From the NCBI RefSeq assembly GCF_000143415.4, contig NW_003314290.1:1395897-1459896 (forward strand): a DNA stretch of 64,000 bases. The letters run 5' to 3'. The notes under the pieces were generated by a model, which saw nothing but the letters and a program-made list of their open reading frames with translations, had not been told where the DNA came from and made no database searches. The position numbers and the translations under genes were made by a program. The DNA comes from Selaginella moellendorffii. Lineage: Eukaryota; Plantae; Lycopodiophyta. Positions 62,501-64,000 of this stretch are shown in pieces (position 1 is the first letter of the stretch; each line of letters starts with the position of its first letter).

Positions 62501-64000
62501 GGCACAAAGTCGGGGTTTGTTTTTCATGGAATGTTAACGTGACTCTAATGTTTTTGAGCTTGATGCAGTTTGTCGGCAGCAGATATCCTTGAAGACAAAG
62601 AGGCTGTACTAAACGATATCAAGGCTGAGGAAATATTAGACTCTTTTCTGATAAAAGAGTTGGAATGCGAGCCCACGAATGTGATGGAACCATGGAAAGG
62701 AAATATCATGCTCTTAAACACCCAGACCAATCGAAGAAAACCTCCAACTTACATTTTGGAAGAGCTAAAAGATATCGAGCCATCTTATGACTTGGGCAGA
62801 AGGATCCGCTCCTGCACGGAACCAAGCTTTTTGTGTAATACGGTCAGTTCGCAGGTACAACAGATGATAGGTATCACCTGCTGGTTTTCATTTCTATTTT
62901 CCTTAAAGCAGGACTTCAAGGAAGCCTGGGAATGGATCCAGAAGGTCGCGGGAAAACAGCCAGAAGTACTGGGAATGCTGCCTTGTGATTGGCAGGTAAC
63001 TTCGTTTTCAGCTCCTAAACTTTAATAATCAGAATTTGAAAGCAGTGCAAGCTCCTCTATCGCTTCATATTTCAAGCTGCCAAGTCTCCTATACACGATT
63101 TTCTACATAACTTGAGAAAGCTGTTTTCTGAGGACAAAGCTTCCGAAGGTGACGCTGTTAGTGTTATGAAGTTCCTGTCCGATAAATTGGTATCTCGGAA
63201 TTCTCATGTCCGAGCTTGCGGGCGAAAATGCATCTCTGGTATTATGAACGGCATGGTGTCGAAGACTGCGGATCCTACAGTAGATATTTATGCTCAAAGT
63301 GCCGAATTTACTTGGCTTGAGGCACTTGAGATTGCAAAACAAGCGGCAACGGTTTCTAGCGCCATTCAGGAAGCTTTACAATACGAGTCCTCCATAGACG
63401 TGGTATGCAGTTTCAAAAGTATACTTTAGAAGTTTTAAGTGCGCTGCTTTTCAGGTGTGGGCATATCTGAAGTTTCTAAAGAAGCAACTATCAACTTCAT
63501 CTTTGGCTTATCTCAGTGCGCGCTTGCTTGTATCAAGGAAACTTTTGGCCTCTAGCCTTCTGTCGACATCAGCAAAGGAAATTATTTCAGGTTGGAATGG
63601 CGAGAATGCTTTTCCCATCTTGGAATTTTTCTTGGATGCTTTCAACACAGTCTGCACACAGCCTTTATCTAAATGGGATGATGTTCCTGGTTCTTTGGTG
63701 AAGCTATTTTCTAAACGACACGATGGTACTGTGTTTCATATGGAAATTCCAAATATCGTGGTCGAGGCAATGGTGAAACTTCTGGGTTTCATTGGCTCCA
63801 ACGAAAATGAATCTTCCAGGGAGATGGTCTCATATGAAAACATCGTTCAGTTTCTCCTTCCAGGCTTTTTGGCCAAAGATGGGGACTTATCAATGGCTTA
63901 TATTGAGCTCAGCACCGGAGAGAAACTATCAATTCTATCGAAGGAGCAACAAGACTGTCTCATCAGCACAAAGGATGCGCGACTGGTTAAAGCTGGTGAG
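59518..64000 (+). CDS. INTS1: Integrator complex subunit 1 homologue (5' part; runs off the window)
   Basis: WPLEFVQAYLDDAINLRNWVDSEHCKEFVANILTSF, YEEVRVIASSMMEGWL, LYWRSCLVIIVIAAYNPATIG..WENFP and RRKPPTYILEELK..LGRRIRSCTEPSFL are colinear with metazoan INTS1 blocks as recalled. Confidence 0.85.

Overview
Eukaryotic nuclear DNA from a very compact land-plant genome. It carries about 22 spliced or intronless genes in 64 kb, with introns mostly 45-70 nt and intergenic gaps often under 150 nt. This architecture and gene content fit a lycophyte such as Selaginella (inference). Gene order: LSF1, ORG4-like, a K/R-rich conserved protein, a DEDDy 3'-5' exonuclease fused to a dsRBD, class-B LPAAT, RNC1, RSH1, ribokinase, SELENOF-like, a frameshifted GT37 fucosyltransferase between two tRNA-Gly relics, a TPT/NST transporter, HECT ligase UPL7, a minimal Ser/Thr kinase, a fused CofG-CofH FO (deazaflavin) synthase, a decayed Ty3/gypsy element, APS kinase, KUF1/SKIP25-like F-box-kelch, LEA_3, an At1g01500-like protein, PheRS-alpha, a PCC13-62-like protein, SOSEKI, and the 5' part of an Integrator INTS1 homologue. 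A 997-nt N gap lies at 1583-2579. Most notable: (1) an apparently intact intron-containing bifunctional FO synthase; (2) a 195-bp Cassandra-like solo LTR carrying the 5S rRNA internal promoter, with exact TSDs, nested in the gypsy gag region; (3) INTS1 in a land plant; (4) an exonuclease-dsRBD fusion; (5) operon-like 59-76 nt spacing of co-oriented genes. Family assignments come from recalled motifs and homologous sequences, not database searches. Exon boundaries were checked by eye at only some junctions.
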